Source: Octopus bimaculoides (lineage: Eukaryota). From it: a stretch of DNA of 46,263 nt. Where the stretch lies: NCBI RefSeq assembly GCF_001194135.2, contig NC_068991.1, positions 71,141,595 to 71,187,857 on the forward strand. The letters are read 5' to 3'. The position numbers and the translations under genes were made by a program. Below are positions 23,431 to 34,150 of this stretch, one piece after another; positions within the stretch are counted from its first letter, which is position 1, and each line of letters starts with the position of its first letter. The notes below the pieces were generated by a model that made no database searches, was not told the DNA's origin, and worked only from the letters and a program-made list of their open reading frames with translations.

Positions 23431-24799
23431 GCACTACTATGTACATCTCTGTGCTGAAACATAAGGACATTTAAAATTTTATCAAAATCAATAAACCTGC
23501 TGACATATTTCAGGGCTGCAGGGACTGGGTGTGGTGATGAGAGAGAGAGAGAGGGAAGGGACCAGCATACAGAGATGGACAGAAGAGATGGTGAGAGTGG
23601 GGAGGGGTGGCGGCGGTGTGGGGAGAAGGGTGGTGGTGGAGGGTTTAGCATGTTTCACTTTCTTTATTGTTCCTTAACATAGACACATGAGAAATCTGGG
23701 GAGGTTTTGAAGTAGTGAGCAAAATAGGAAGTTGTGACATTGATGCCTTTATTTTTTGTTGTGTGTGTGTATGTTTGTGTGTGGTCTGATTTTGCTTTTT
23801 AGTAAAATCAGAAAAAAAAAATTGTATCTAGTTGATTACACACATGCATCTGTGTGTAGATTGATGTTTATGATGTATGTATGTATAAAGAACACAAATG
23901 GTGTTTAAATTTAGAATTCAAACTCCATTTGTATTCTTCTTATGCCTAGGCTGCATCTAGAACCAACCCCAAGTTGTATCTGTGGTCTAAATTGGATTTG
24001 GTACTTACATATCTGCAGTATACTACCAACAGATAATACCTCATGGTTGTTTTACCTCACTGTGAACCCTATGTCATTGTACCTAGCCAGTTCCTAGATT
24101 CTCACGAATCCCTATAATATATAAATGTTGCACATACGAAAGGTGTAAAGTGGATGTATAACTACACGTAAAATAGGAACAGAAGTGCTCAATTCATTTA
24201 AAGCATTTTGTTTGCTTCTAGTTTGCCTTCATGCGCTTGTTCTAGTGATAGCTGAGTAAAATGCACAAAAACAAGAAACTCTGAGTAAGATTGAAGGGAA
24301 TCGGTTTCAGCCCACTTATTCATCTGCTAAATGTGTCAGCAACTTTATATACATCCATCATTATTATTTTGAAACAAGGCTGTAAATGAGACTAACATGT
24401 TAGAAGAATGTTAATTACTCTACCTCCCATAGCATATGTGGTTGTTGGTTATAACTAGACTGTAGGTAGCCATCCATTAGTCTAATTGAAACCACATCCT
24501 CTAAAAATGAGCCACATGCTCTTGTGCTACCAATATTTCTCTCTCTCTCTCTCATACACACACACACACAATATTCCTATTTGTTTATATATATGTAGAA
24601 TGTGCACAATTTTGTGTGTATTCATGAATGCAGTATAGATTAAAAGTTTAAAAATGAAAATAGCAAAATGCTCAAGATAATTGATGAAAACATAGGTCAC
24701 TGCTTTTAATTGTACTTGGTGTCTTGTCTAAGTGATTTTTAGAAAATTAATCTGTTTAACATATTTTTAACCATCGGTCAGTAAGCCGGGCACTTATTT

Positions 24800-24920
24800 T
24801 GCTGACCTTATTCTATTGACAATTCTTGTTGAGTAGCTAACTTTTGGAGGCATAAATACACCGGTTGTCAAGCAGTTAGTGCAGACACAGCCACACCCCT
24901 ATATATATATATATATATAT
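24800..24920 (-). mobile_element. SINE family A, 3' half of a split copy
   Basis: ttattctattg...gctaacttttggaggcataaatacaccggttgtcaagc then (TA)n. Matches 39173-39260. Confidence 0.7.
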
Positions 24921-25068
24921 AATTTTGGATTTGGTTTGCAACATTCTTTATATGAGTTCGTGTGTTGAAGCATATTTTGTTGTGTCTGGGGAGAGTCATT
25001 CTCTTTTAGTGCCTTATTTAACACACTCACTGGTAAAGTTTCCACTCATTTACTTATTTATTTTTCTG
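24921..25068 (+). mobile_element. Unclassified dispersed repeat G
   Basis: aattttggatttggtttgcaa...gtgtgttgaagcatatt...tgtgtctggggagagtcatt...aacacactcac is the reverse complement of 41150-41312. Confidence 0.85.
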
Positions 25069-25095
25069 ATAAAGAGAAAGACTCTCCCCAGACAC

Positions 25096-25362
25096 AGTGT
25101 TGAACTCACGATTGTGAGGTTGTAGGTTCAATTCCCAGACTGGGCATTGCGTCGTGTTCTTGAGCAAAGCACTTCATTTCACGTTGCACTGCAATCATTT
25201 TGACATCTGACATGCAGCACCTGTACAGGTAATGTCAACCTGGTGAAGGGGGTGAGCTTATGTCTACACACACATTTGATCACTATAAACAAATCACCTG
25301 TGTGGTTGTTTGGTAAGAAATTGTCGAACCCTCATACATCATCTAACAACAGGAGAGTCCAT
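25096..25362 (+). mobile_element. SINE family F head and partial CORE-like domain with a different 3' module
   Basis: ctcacgattgtgaggttgtaggttcaattcccagac (B box), then gtgttcttgagcaaagcacttcatttcacgttgc. The sequence then diverges from the F copy at 25758-26052. Confidence 0.75.
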
Positions 25363-25527
25363 CATATATATATATATATATAGGATAGGCTTCTTTCAGT
25401 TTCCATCTAACAAATCCACTCAAAGCTTTGGTTTGCTCAAGGCTGTATAGTAGATGCCATGCAGTGGGATTGAACCCAGAACCATGTGGTTGCGAAGCAA
25501 ACTTCTTACCACACAGCCATGCCTGCT
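25363..25527 (-). mobile_element. SINE family A, 5' half of a split copy
   Basis: (TA)n, then ggcttctttcagtttccatctaacaaatccact...gaacccagaaccatgtgg...cttaccacacagccatgcctgc. Confidence 0.9.
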
Positions 25528-25757
25528 ACGATGTAAATTTTTCTAATGTACCAAATTATTACTTTTGAAATGAAATTAAAATGGAAAACGCCATTCTTAT
25601 ACGCATGGGTCAATCAGATTTTGCTGTGATGGACTTTCCGAGAGTTAACACCCTTCTTTCACTGACCGTCGTCTGTTTTCAAGCAAAAGTAATAATTTCC
25701 CCATGGCCAGATCAGTTTTCAAAGGAAACTAGAAATGAAGGTCTCTGCTTATATGAT

Positions 25758-26052
25758 GGTGACTCTTTGTAACCAGTACGCCATGGGGTTACAGTTGATC
25801 TGAACAATGGAACAGCCTTGCAAGTGGTTGAGTACTCCACAGACATGAATACCCGTAACATAGTTCTTGAGTATATTCAGAATGGGACGAGGCTGGCCCC
25901 TTTGAAATACAGGTACTACTCTTATTTACCAGCTGAATGGAATGAAACAGTGTGAAGTAAAGTGTCTTGCTCAAGGAAGCAATGCACTACCTGGAATCGT
26001 ACTCCTGGCTTTACAGTTATGAACCGAGTACACTAACCATTAAGCCACATGC
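25758..26052 (-). mobile_element. SINE family F: tRNA head, CORE-like domain and family-B-type 3' module
   Basis: Minus strand gcatgtggcttaatggttag...ccttgagcaagacacttt...cagctgg, then cctgtatttcaaaggg...ggctgttccattgttcagatcaactg, which aligns to 11078-11225. Confidence 0.85.
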
Positions 26053-26084
26053 TTTCATTTGCTGTATCAAGACAAGACACAGTT

Positions 26085-26265
26085 ACACACACACACACAC
26101 ACAACATAACAGGCTTCTTTGAGTTTCTGTCTACTGAATTTGTACACACAAGGCTTTCGTTGGCCCAGGACTGTAATAGAAGACACTTGCCCAAATACCA
26201 CACAGTGGGACTGAACCTGACACCACATGGTGAAGCCAACTTCTTAATCGCAAAACCATATTCTG
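26085..26265 (-). mobile_element. SINE family A, 5' portion
   Basis: caggcttctttgagtttctgtctac...agaagacacttgcccaa...cagtgggactgaacc. Confidence 0.85.
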
Positions 26266-26412
26266 TGTGATAAAACATCATTCTCTGTGACTGATGTTCT
26301 TAACAAAGACCATATTTAAGTTGTGTTTTCATTGTATTGACACAAGTGAAAAATAAAGTTTCCAGCACTAATTCTGTTAATGGAACAAAGGCACACACAC
26401 ACACACACACAC

Positions 26413-26449
<37 letters not shown>

Positions 26450-27259
26450 NNNNNNNNNNNNNNNNNNNNNNNNNNNNNNNNNNNNNNNNNNNNNNNNNNN
26501 NNNNNNNNNNNNNNNNNNNNNNNNNNNNNNNNNNNNNNNNNNNNNNNNNNNNNNNNNNNNNNNNNNNNNNNNNNNNNNNNNNNNNNNNNNNNNNNNNNNN
26601 NNNNNNNNNNNNNNNNNNNNNNNNNNNNNNNNNNNNNNNNNNNNNNNNNNNNNNNNNNNNNNNNNNNNNNNNNNNNNNNNNNNNNNNNNNNNNNNNNNNN
26701 NNNNNNNNNNNNNNNNNNNNNNNNNNNNNNNNNNNNNNNNNNNNNCTGTTTTTTGGGGGGGGTTTTCTTGTTTTTTTCACTGTAAACAGGAAGATAAGTC
26801 TCTGAGAACTCTCTCTCTCCCACACACTCCTCTCATACTATTTTGATTTTTTTTTAGTGTTTTTTGGCTTTTTTTTTCTACAACTGTAAAAGTGTGAAGT
26901 TGATAATAAATCTCATAGGTATCAACATCAAAGGAAGGCTCCAACCCCACCCATGGCTAACCCTCCTGCTGTTTGTGGTTAGAATGTGTGAATGAGAGAG
27001 AGAGAGAGAGAGAGTAAAAACTCTATTTGTGGATGCTGTAGAGCTGTCAAAATTCTCTCTGAAATGAGCTATTGTTGTTTCATAACTGCTACCCCTTCTG
27101 TCTGTCTGTCTGTCTCTCACGTGAGGGTAGGGTGTAGGAGGGGGTAACTAGCACCACAAAAGTGAACAGTTTCTATCTTGTCTCTTCTGGGTAAGGCCAT
27201 TTCTCTCCGGGTTTGGTTATGGAGCTCAGCAAATAAGTTAGTATCCACCATGGTCTGCG

Positions 27260-27294
27260 TTTGGTTTGGTTTGGTCTGGTTTGGTTTGGTTTGG
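27260..27294. repeat. (TTTGG)7 pentanucleotide repeat with one variant unit
   Basis: Read directly from the sequence. Confidence 0.9.
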
Positions 27295-28445
27295 AAAGTC
27301 TGTGAGCCATGGCTTAGCATCCTTTCCTGAGGGTACAAGGTTTCTCTTCATCTTGTTTGATGCTACAGGGACCAAAGTGAATCGCACACTCATGCCTATG
27401 CGCAGAGGCGGGGGCCATGTCTGGACTTCCATGATTCCTGNNNNNNNNNNNNNNNNNNNNNNNNNNNNNNNNNNNNNNNNNNNNNNNNNNNNNNNNNNNN
27501 NNNNNNNNNNNNNNNNNNNNNNNNNNNNNNNNNNNNNNNNNNNNNNNNNNNNNNNNNNNNNNNNNNNNNNNNNNNNNNNNNNNNNNNNNNNNNNNNNNNN
27601 NNNNNNNNNNNNNNNNNNNNNNNNNNNNNNNNNNNNNNNNNNNNNNNNNNNNNNNNNNNNNNNNNNNNNNNNNNNNNNNNNNNNNNNNNNNNNNNNNNNN
27701 NNNNNNNNNNNNNNNNNNNNNNNNNNNNNNNNNNNNNNNNNNNNNNNNNNNNNNNNNNNNNNNNNNNNNNNNNNNNNNNNNNNNNNNNNNNNNNNNNNNN
27801 NNNNNNNNNNNNNNNNNNNNNNNNNNNNNNNNNNNNNNNNNNNNNNNNNNNNNNNNNNNNNNNNNNNNNNNNNNNNNNNNNNNNNNNNNNNNNNNNNNNN
27901 NNNNNNNNNNNNNNNNNNNNNNNNNNNNNNNNNNNNNNNNNNNNNNNNNNNNNNNNNNNNNNNNNNNNNNNNNNNNNNNNNNNNNNNNNNNNNNNNNNNN
28001 NNNNNNNNNNNNNNNNNNNNNNNNNNNNNNNNNNNNNNNNNNNNNNNNNNNNNNNNNNNNNNNNNNNNNNNNNNNNNNNNNNNNNNNNNNNNNNNNNNNN
28101 NNNNNNNNNNNNNNNNNNNNNNNNNNNNNNNNNNNNNNNNNNNNNNNNNNNNNNNNNNNNNNNNNNNNNNNNNNNNNNNNNNNNNNNNNNNNNNNNNNNN
28201 NNNNNNNNNNNNNNNNNNNNNNNNNNNNNNNNNNNNNNNNNNNNNNNNNNNNNNNNNNNNNNNNNNNNNNNNNNNNNNNNNNNNNNGGCTGCATTATTAT
28301 TTCTGCAGAGAAACTTGCCTTCATGCACCAATGCATTTCTTTACAGTTTTCTCCTAATTAAAATTTGCTACTTTCTTTCTTTCTCTCTCTCTATTCTTTA
28401 GATGTTTCATTTTCTTATCCTTCTCATACATGTATATGCCTAATC

Positions 28446-28490
<45 letters not shown>

Positions 28491-30339
28491 TTATATATTT
28501 ATATGCATGTATACATACACACACACACACACATATATATATATATGTACATATGTATGAAGATATGTAGCTTTGTAAGCAAGATTCTGTGTAGGAACAT
28601 TTGGTTGTGTGTGGCGGGGTGCTGGTGTGCTGGTGACTTAAAAATTGTGGCATAATTAGAATTCTGGTGTAAAGGTGTCAAAACTTTAATTAGGAGTCAG
28701 CACATATGTGTACCATCTTTTGTATGTAGATGTGTATATATATATATACATATATATATATGTATATACATACATAGACATCATCTATGTGGAGGTGTAT
28801 ATTGTGGCTAGGTGAACGTCACATATGGCTCTCACCCATCCCCCTTTCTCCCTCGCTCACTCTCTCTCTCTCTATCACCTAACACATGTATATAGACATA
28901 CCTTTCTCTCTCTCATATATATACATTATATATATATGTATATATATATTGTGACTGGTATACACACTCTTATACATGTAAATTACGTTTGTATCACATT
29001 TACTTACATCCTACTCATTTTTACCTTTTCTCATATATACATACACACACATATATACACATGCAGACACACACTTCTAGTTAATGGTCTTTACCATAAT
29101 CAAGGAAAAGTGTTGTTACATGGTTACTCACTTCTTAGAAATATCTTGTCTTTTTCTCCTTTTTTAATTTTTTTTTTCTGATGGAAAACCTAAAAATTAA
29201 TGCAAAGAATTCTAAAGAACCAAAAAAACAAAACATTTCTTTGTGCATGCGTGTGTGTGTGTGTGTTGGTTTGTAAGACTGTGTGTGTGTGTGAGTGTAC
29301 GTGTGGAATTTTAAATTATTAAAAATGCTACTTTTAACCCCCCTCCCCACTCCAAGAAACCAAGAAGAAAAAAAACGAAATAAAAATGTCCTTAATTAGG
29401 TCAAAAGAAACAGAAGGCTGAAGATTTCTCTTCTTCTGCTTCCACAGATGGCTGTGGGCCTTCCTCCGATTTCTTACTCCGGCTTCTGGCAGCCAGCATG
29501 TGTGTATGTGTGCGTGTGTACATGCATGCATGCATGTGTGTGTTCTTTAGATGTCCTCCTAATGAGTATATTACAAAGCTCGTTGAATAGCGGCTGTGTA
29601 ATGTGGTAGCATTGGCAGCGGTGGCGGGATGTGTGTTTCTTGGATTCTTTTCCATTTGTTTCGGTTCCCCACCCTCTTGCCCTCCCCCCACTTCATTATT
29701 GTCTTTCTCTCTCTCTTCTCTACCCTGTGACTGTGCATCTCCAGCATATGTGTGTTTATGAATGTATGCATATAGTATACACACATGTTCATGTGCGTGT
29801 ATGTATGTATGTATATATGTCTGTGTGTTAGGTAAAGATAGGATTTTTCTTATTAAACATGATGTCTTCAGATATACAAGCACACACGTTCACATGACTA
29901 CATACCTTTCTCTATATATGCATAGAAACAAAAGTGTATAGAAATACATGTATATATATGTACGTGTATGTATATAGGAGCACACATATCAATTTAATAT
30001 TAATCATATGAATACCAGTAATGACATGTCTAAATATATAGCTAGATAGATATACACACTCAACCATATAAACCTATTATATTTATATATACATATATAT
30101 ATACACACAAACAAGTAATTTTGACTCTGTTTATGTAGTCACCATGTTAACAAACATGCGTATGCATGTATGTATATATATATATAGATATAAATATATA
30201 AACATAAACCATCATTGTTATGTATGTTAACATATGTATGTCATCACCTATGTATGGAAAGATATGTGTATATAATACATCCTCTTTCTCTCTCTCTCTC
30301 TCTCATCAATTTTATACATCTTAACATATATATGCACTG

Positions 30340-30435
30340 TCTCTTGTGTGTTGTATGTATATATATATGTGTGTGTGTTAGTGTGTGTAAATATGTGTGT
30401 GTGTGGATATGTATGTATGTATATATATGTGTATG

Positions 30436-30468
<33 letters not shown>

Positions 30469-30632
30469 ATGTGTGCATGTATGTATATATATATATATAT
30501 GTATGTATATGTGTGCGTGTATGTATACATATGTGTGTGTATGTATATGTGTGCGTGTATGTATACATATGTGTGTGTATGTATTTGTGTGTGTATATAT
30601 GTGTGTATGTATATGTGTGTGTGTGTGTGTGT
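30340..30632. repeat. Alternating purine-pyrimidine compound SSR with an internal 38-bp tandem duplication
   Basis: gtgtgcgtgtatgtatacatatgtgtgtgtatgtatat at 30511-30548 repeats at 30549-30586 with one mismatch. Confidence 0.9.
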
Positions 30633-30699
30633 ACTGTAAGCTAGCACTACCTAGCCTGTGTGATAGGTGTGGAATGTAATGTTACTCTCATAACATTAC

Positions 30700-30730
<31 letters not shown>

Positions 30731-31526
30731 TCTCTGCAGTTTTCAGTGGTTCACTTTTAATTTAAAATCACTTTTTATTGTCTACTTGTCTGTCTGTCTG
30801 TCTGTCTGCCTGCTTATTCATCTCTCTAATGTAGAACTGTAAGCATGTTTCACAATGTGTGTGTGTGTGTGTCCGTCCNNNNNNNNNNNNNNNNNNNNNN
30901 NNNNNNNNNNNNNNNNNNNNNNNNNNNNNNNNNNNNNNNNNNNNNNNNNNNNNNNNNNNNNNNNNNNNNNNNNNNNNNNNNNNNNNNNNNNNNNNNNNNN
31001 NNNNNNNNNNNNNNNNNNNNNNNNNNNNNNNNNNNNNNNNNNNNNNNNNNNNNNNNNNNNNNNNNNNNNNNNNNNNNNNNNNNNNNNNNNNNNNNNNNNN
31101 NNNNNNNNNNNNNNNNNNNNNNNNNNNNNNNNNNNNNNNNNNNNNNNNNNNNNNNNNNNNNNNNNNNNNNNNNNNNNNNNNNNNNNNNNNNNNNNNNNNN
31201 NNNNNNNNNNNNNNNNNNNNNNNNNNNNNNNNNNNNNNNNNNNNNNNNNNNNNNNNNNNNNNNNNNNNNNNNNNNNNNNNNNNNNNNNNNNNNNNNNNNN
31301 NNNNNNNNNNNNNNNNNNNNNNNNNNNNNNNNNNNNNNNNNNNNNNNNNNNNNNNNNNNNNNNNNNNNNNNNNNNNNNNNNNCTTAGAATGCACCGTCAG
31401 ACGATTTGATGGGTGTTTGACAGTGACAAGAATATTTCTAACAGACATTTTCGAAAATGATTCTAACACCAATGATGTCATAGATCCTTAGAAATCTTGG
31501 AAATTCCGAAATTGCATTGCACAACT

Positions 31527-31562
31527 TCTGTTTCTCTTTCTCTCTCTCTTTCTCTCTCTCTT

Positions 31563-31631
<69 letters not shown>

Positions 31632-31632
31632 G
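31527..31632. repeat. (CT)n / (CTAT)n polypyrimidine tract
   Basis: Read directly from the sequence. Confidence 0.9.
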
Positions 31633-32074
31633 CTCCCCTCTCTATATCTCCACCTCTTTCTCTACCCTTGCTCTCTATTTCCTGTTGTTTATTCATCACT
31701 CAGTCTCACATATCAATGATGAGTTCATTCATTTGTCATTTGAGCACCTGGTATTGCTGAGTGTCTGCAGAAGAGCCAAAGTCACAAGCAGAATATTTAC
31801 CAAAGAGCAGCAGTTTACGAAATTAAACTGCATCCAGTGATAAGACTCCATCTTAAGAATAGTTTCTAATATTCCACTTATTCCTTATTCTTCTCTGGCC
31901 TGGAGATGACAGAACTGGTCAAGAGCCATAGGACATTGGTCAGAAATCAGATGATATTGTGGTTAAAGCATACAAGACCCTGGAGAGAGCTGGCCCTAGA
32001 TGTGACACACAGTTGCACCAGTGTTTGAACACGACCTACCTAATGTTACCTGAGTCAGTGCCTCTTTTTAGGGG

Positions 32075-32232
32075 TTAATCCTTTTATTACCATATTTTCA
32101 TTGAATTATAGTCTCAGTTGATTTTGGAAATAATGAAGAATTTGGTAAAGTTTAGGAGAATTTATGAAGCTCAACTTTGGAATATAAATTAATTTGAAAT
32201 TTTGATGCAAGGCTCAATGTAGATTTTTTTAA
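32075..32232 (-). mobile_element. piggyBac-like MITE family 1 (truncated)
   Basis: Begins ttaatccttttattaccatatt. Its reverse complement aligns with 45657-45819. Confidence 0.75.
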
Positions 32233-32285
32233 ACCTGTTAGCATTCATATTATTCTGTCAAGTGTAATGTTTATATATTCCACGT
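32229..32285 (+). mobile_element. Left end of piggyBac-like MITE family 2
   Basis: ttaaacctgttagcattcatattattctgtcaagtgtaatg. Similarity to 39669-39685 is weak; the call rests mainly on a recalled octopus repeat beginning TTAACCCTTTAGCATTCAGATT. Confidence 0.5.
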
Positions 32286-32304
32286 TAGTGACAACCGAGA
32301 TGAG

Positions 32305-32640
32305 GGATTAATGTAAGCATCTTGAGAGAAAGGTTGGGCATAAGAGGCATCAGATGTGGTGTGCAAGAGAGATGGCTGAGCTGGTATGGATGAGGACAGC
32401 TATGTAAAGAAGTGCTGATCTCTCTAATTAGAAGGAACCTGTGGTAGAGGTAGACCCAGGAAGACATGGGAGAAGGTGGTGAAGCATGATCTTTGAACTT
32501 TGGGCCTCGCAGAGGCAGTGACTAGTGACCGAGGCCTTTGGTGATATGCTGTGTTTAAAGCCTGTCAAGCCAAGAGAAATTGTAGTCATGGCTGATGCTG
32601 GTGTCTCGTAACTGGCATGTAAAAAGCACCTCTCGGGGCA
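32305..32640 (+). pseudogene. RTE-clade LINE ORF2 C-terminus and start of 3' UTR (decayed)
   Basis: Translation VSILRERLGIRGIRCGVQERWLSWYG, frameshift, then DEDSYVKKC*SL*LEGTCGRGRPRKTWEKVVKHDL*TLGL...DRGLW. The RLxWxGH...RxRGRPRKxW...DR..W pattern is typical of RTE ORF C-termini. Confidence 0.9.
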
Positions 32641-32869
32641 AAGTGGCACTATGTGTTCAAATATGCCCTTTTTGTTTTGTTTAAAAAATGCTAGAGCGTG
32701 ATATGGAGGTGGATTCAGTTACTATTTTTAACAGATCAAGTAATCACATTGAGGCAACCTTGTTGGTTCCTGGTAGCATCCATTTGCAACTTTGGTGTGA
32801 CACCATGAATTTTTGTTGAAGAGTACAATTGGTTGAATCAACTTTGATCCCTGGTTACCATGGCAATGA

Positions 32870-33046
32870 TGCTGCCCCTTTTTGGTTCCTCAACCTGTTA
32901 GAAATAAGCAGGTAAAATTCACACTTTAACAAATCAAACCAACGCGACACCTCAGACAATACAGTTCTAGTTGCACTGGATGGTCACGATTAGAACTCCT
33001 TTGATAAGTCTGCTGGATCTACGCTGACCTGGGGCTAAACAACGAC
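32870..33046 (+). mobile_element. SINE-like family D with 3' end
   Basis: caacctgttagaaataagc...ggatggtcacgattagaactcctttgataagtctgc...ctgacctggggctaaacaac. Confidence 0.75.
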
Positions 33047-33050
33047 CTCC

Positions 33051-33402
33051 TGTACTTGGCTGGTCCTTGTTTCATTGACCCCCAAAAGGCTGCAGGGCAA
33101 AGTCAACCTTTGCAAAATTTGAACACGGAACATAAGAGCCTGGAGTGCCTCTAAATATTTTTCTCTTGCACACTAACAACTCTGACAGCTCACTCCCTTG
33201 GATAATAATAATAATTAATAATAATAATAATGATTTCTGGTTTAGGTACAAGGTCAGCAATGCTAAAAGTACTAAGGGCCAGCAGTGGTATTTAGCTGGA
33301 CAATAGATATATGTTTACGGCTCAATTAAGGCCTCTGTAGGATTTGAATTCAAAGTGTAAAAAGCCAGAACAAATGTTTCAAGGCATTTCATCCATTGCT
33401 CC
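33051..33402 (-). mobile_element. Two head-to-tail SINE family C copies (degenerate)
   Basis: Copy 33051-33199 (gcaaagtcaacctttgcaaaatttgaacac...ctaacaactctgacagctc...cctt) has its head directly against the (TTA)n tail of copy 33202-33402 (aggatttgaattc). Confidence 0.75.
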
Positions 33403-33453
33403 TGGCCCCTTCCATAAGCTGGTAATTTATTGATCAGGAAAATATGAATGGCT

Positions 33454-33790
33454 ACAGGCATGGCTGGGTGGTAAGAAGTTTATTTCCCTACCACATGGTT
33501 CCAGGTTCAGTCCCTCTGCATGGCGCCTTCGGCAAGTGTCTTCTACTATAGCCTTGGCCTGTTCAAAGCCTTGTGAGCAGATTTGGTACACAGAAACTGA
33601 AAGAAGCCTGTCATGTGTACATTATATGTGTGTGTGTGTGTGTTGTTTCTGTGTTTACATCCTGTGACTTAGCAGTTCAGCAAAACAGACCGATACAGTA
33701 AGTACTAAGGTTGAACCATTCGACTAAAAATTCAAGGCAGTGCCCCAGCATGGCCACAGTCTAATGACTGAAACAAATAAAAAAATAAAA
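33454..33790 (+). mobile_element. SINE family A, full length with internal deletions
   Basis: Runs from caggcatggctgggtggtaagaag to ccccagcatggccacagtctaatgactgaaacaaataaaa. Confidence 0.92.
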
Positions 33791-33794
33791 GTTC

Positions 33795-33875
33795 GCAAAG
33801 TTGACTTTTGTAGGATTTGAACTCGGAATGCAAGGCACTGGCATAAATACTGCTATTTCACTACCTCTAAGCGAG
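33795..33875 (-). mobile_element. SINE family C head fragment
   Basis: gcaaagttgacttttgtaggatttgaactcggaatg is the reverse complement of the family C B-box region. Confidence 0.6.
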
Positions 33876-33984
33876 ATGCTCAAAAGTAATTAATTGGTTA
33901 GGGTTCCGATCCTAAACTAAGCAGGTTGGATAGATTTGACCCCAGGATCTAAGAGCATATTGAGAATCAGATGTAATCAATGCA

Positions 33985-34135
33985 TGGCTGTTGTAGGTAA
34001 GAAGTTTGCTTCCCAACCAAGTGTTTTCAGGTTCAGTCCCACCGTGTGGCAACTTGGGCAAGTGTCTTCTATCATCGACCTGCACTTTGAGTGGATTTAG
34101 TTGACAGAATCTTAAAACAAGCCCTTCAAGTGTAT
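33985..34135 (+). mobile_element. SINE family A, 5' half
   Basis: ggtaagaagtttgcttcccaacc...caggttcagtcccaccgtgtggcaacttgggcaagtgtcttcta...gagtggattt. Confidence 0.88.
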
Positions 34136-34150
34136 GTATGTGCTTGTGCC

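Noticed and set aside
23599-23630. G-quadruplex-like G-runs (also 1707-1724)
   Set aside because: They lie in low-complexity sequence, one loop is long, and nothing links them to function.
29425-29500. Polypyrimidine + cacag acceptor followed by a GC-rich open segment
   Set aside because: No credible donor before the (TG)n tract and no recognisable peptide on either strand.
30215-30679. ORFs rich in YI, CV, HT, SL or poly-Q/H/D here and elsewhere
   Set aside because: They are translations of microsatellites, with no domain signal or splice support.
31446-31459. Perfect 14-bp palindrome CATTTTCGAAAATG
   Set aside because: It is isolated and AT-rich, and lacks the 2-nt spacing of a heat-shock element.
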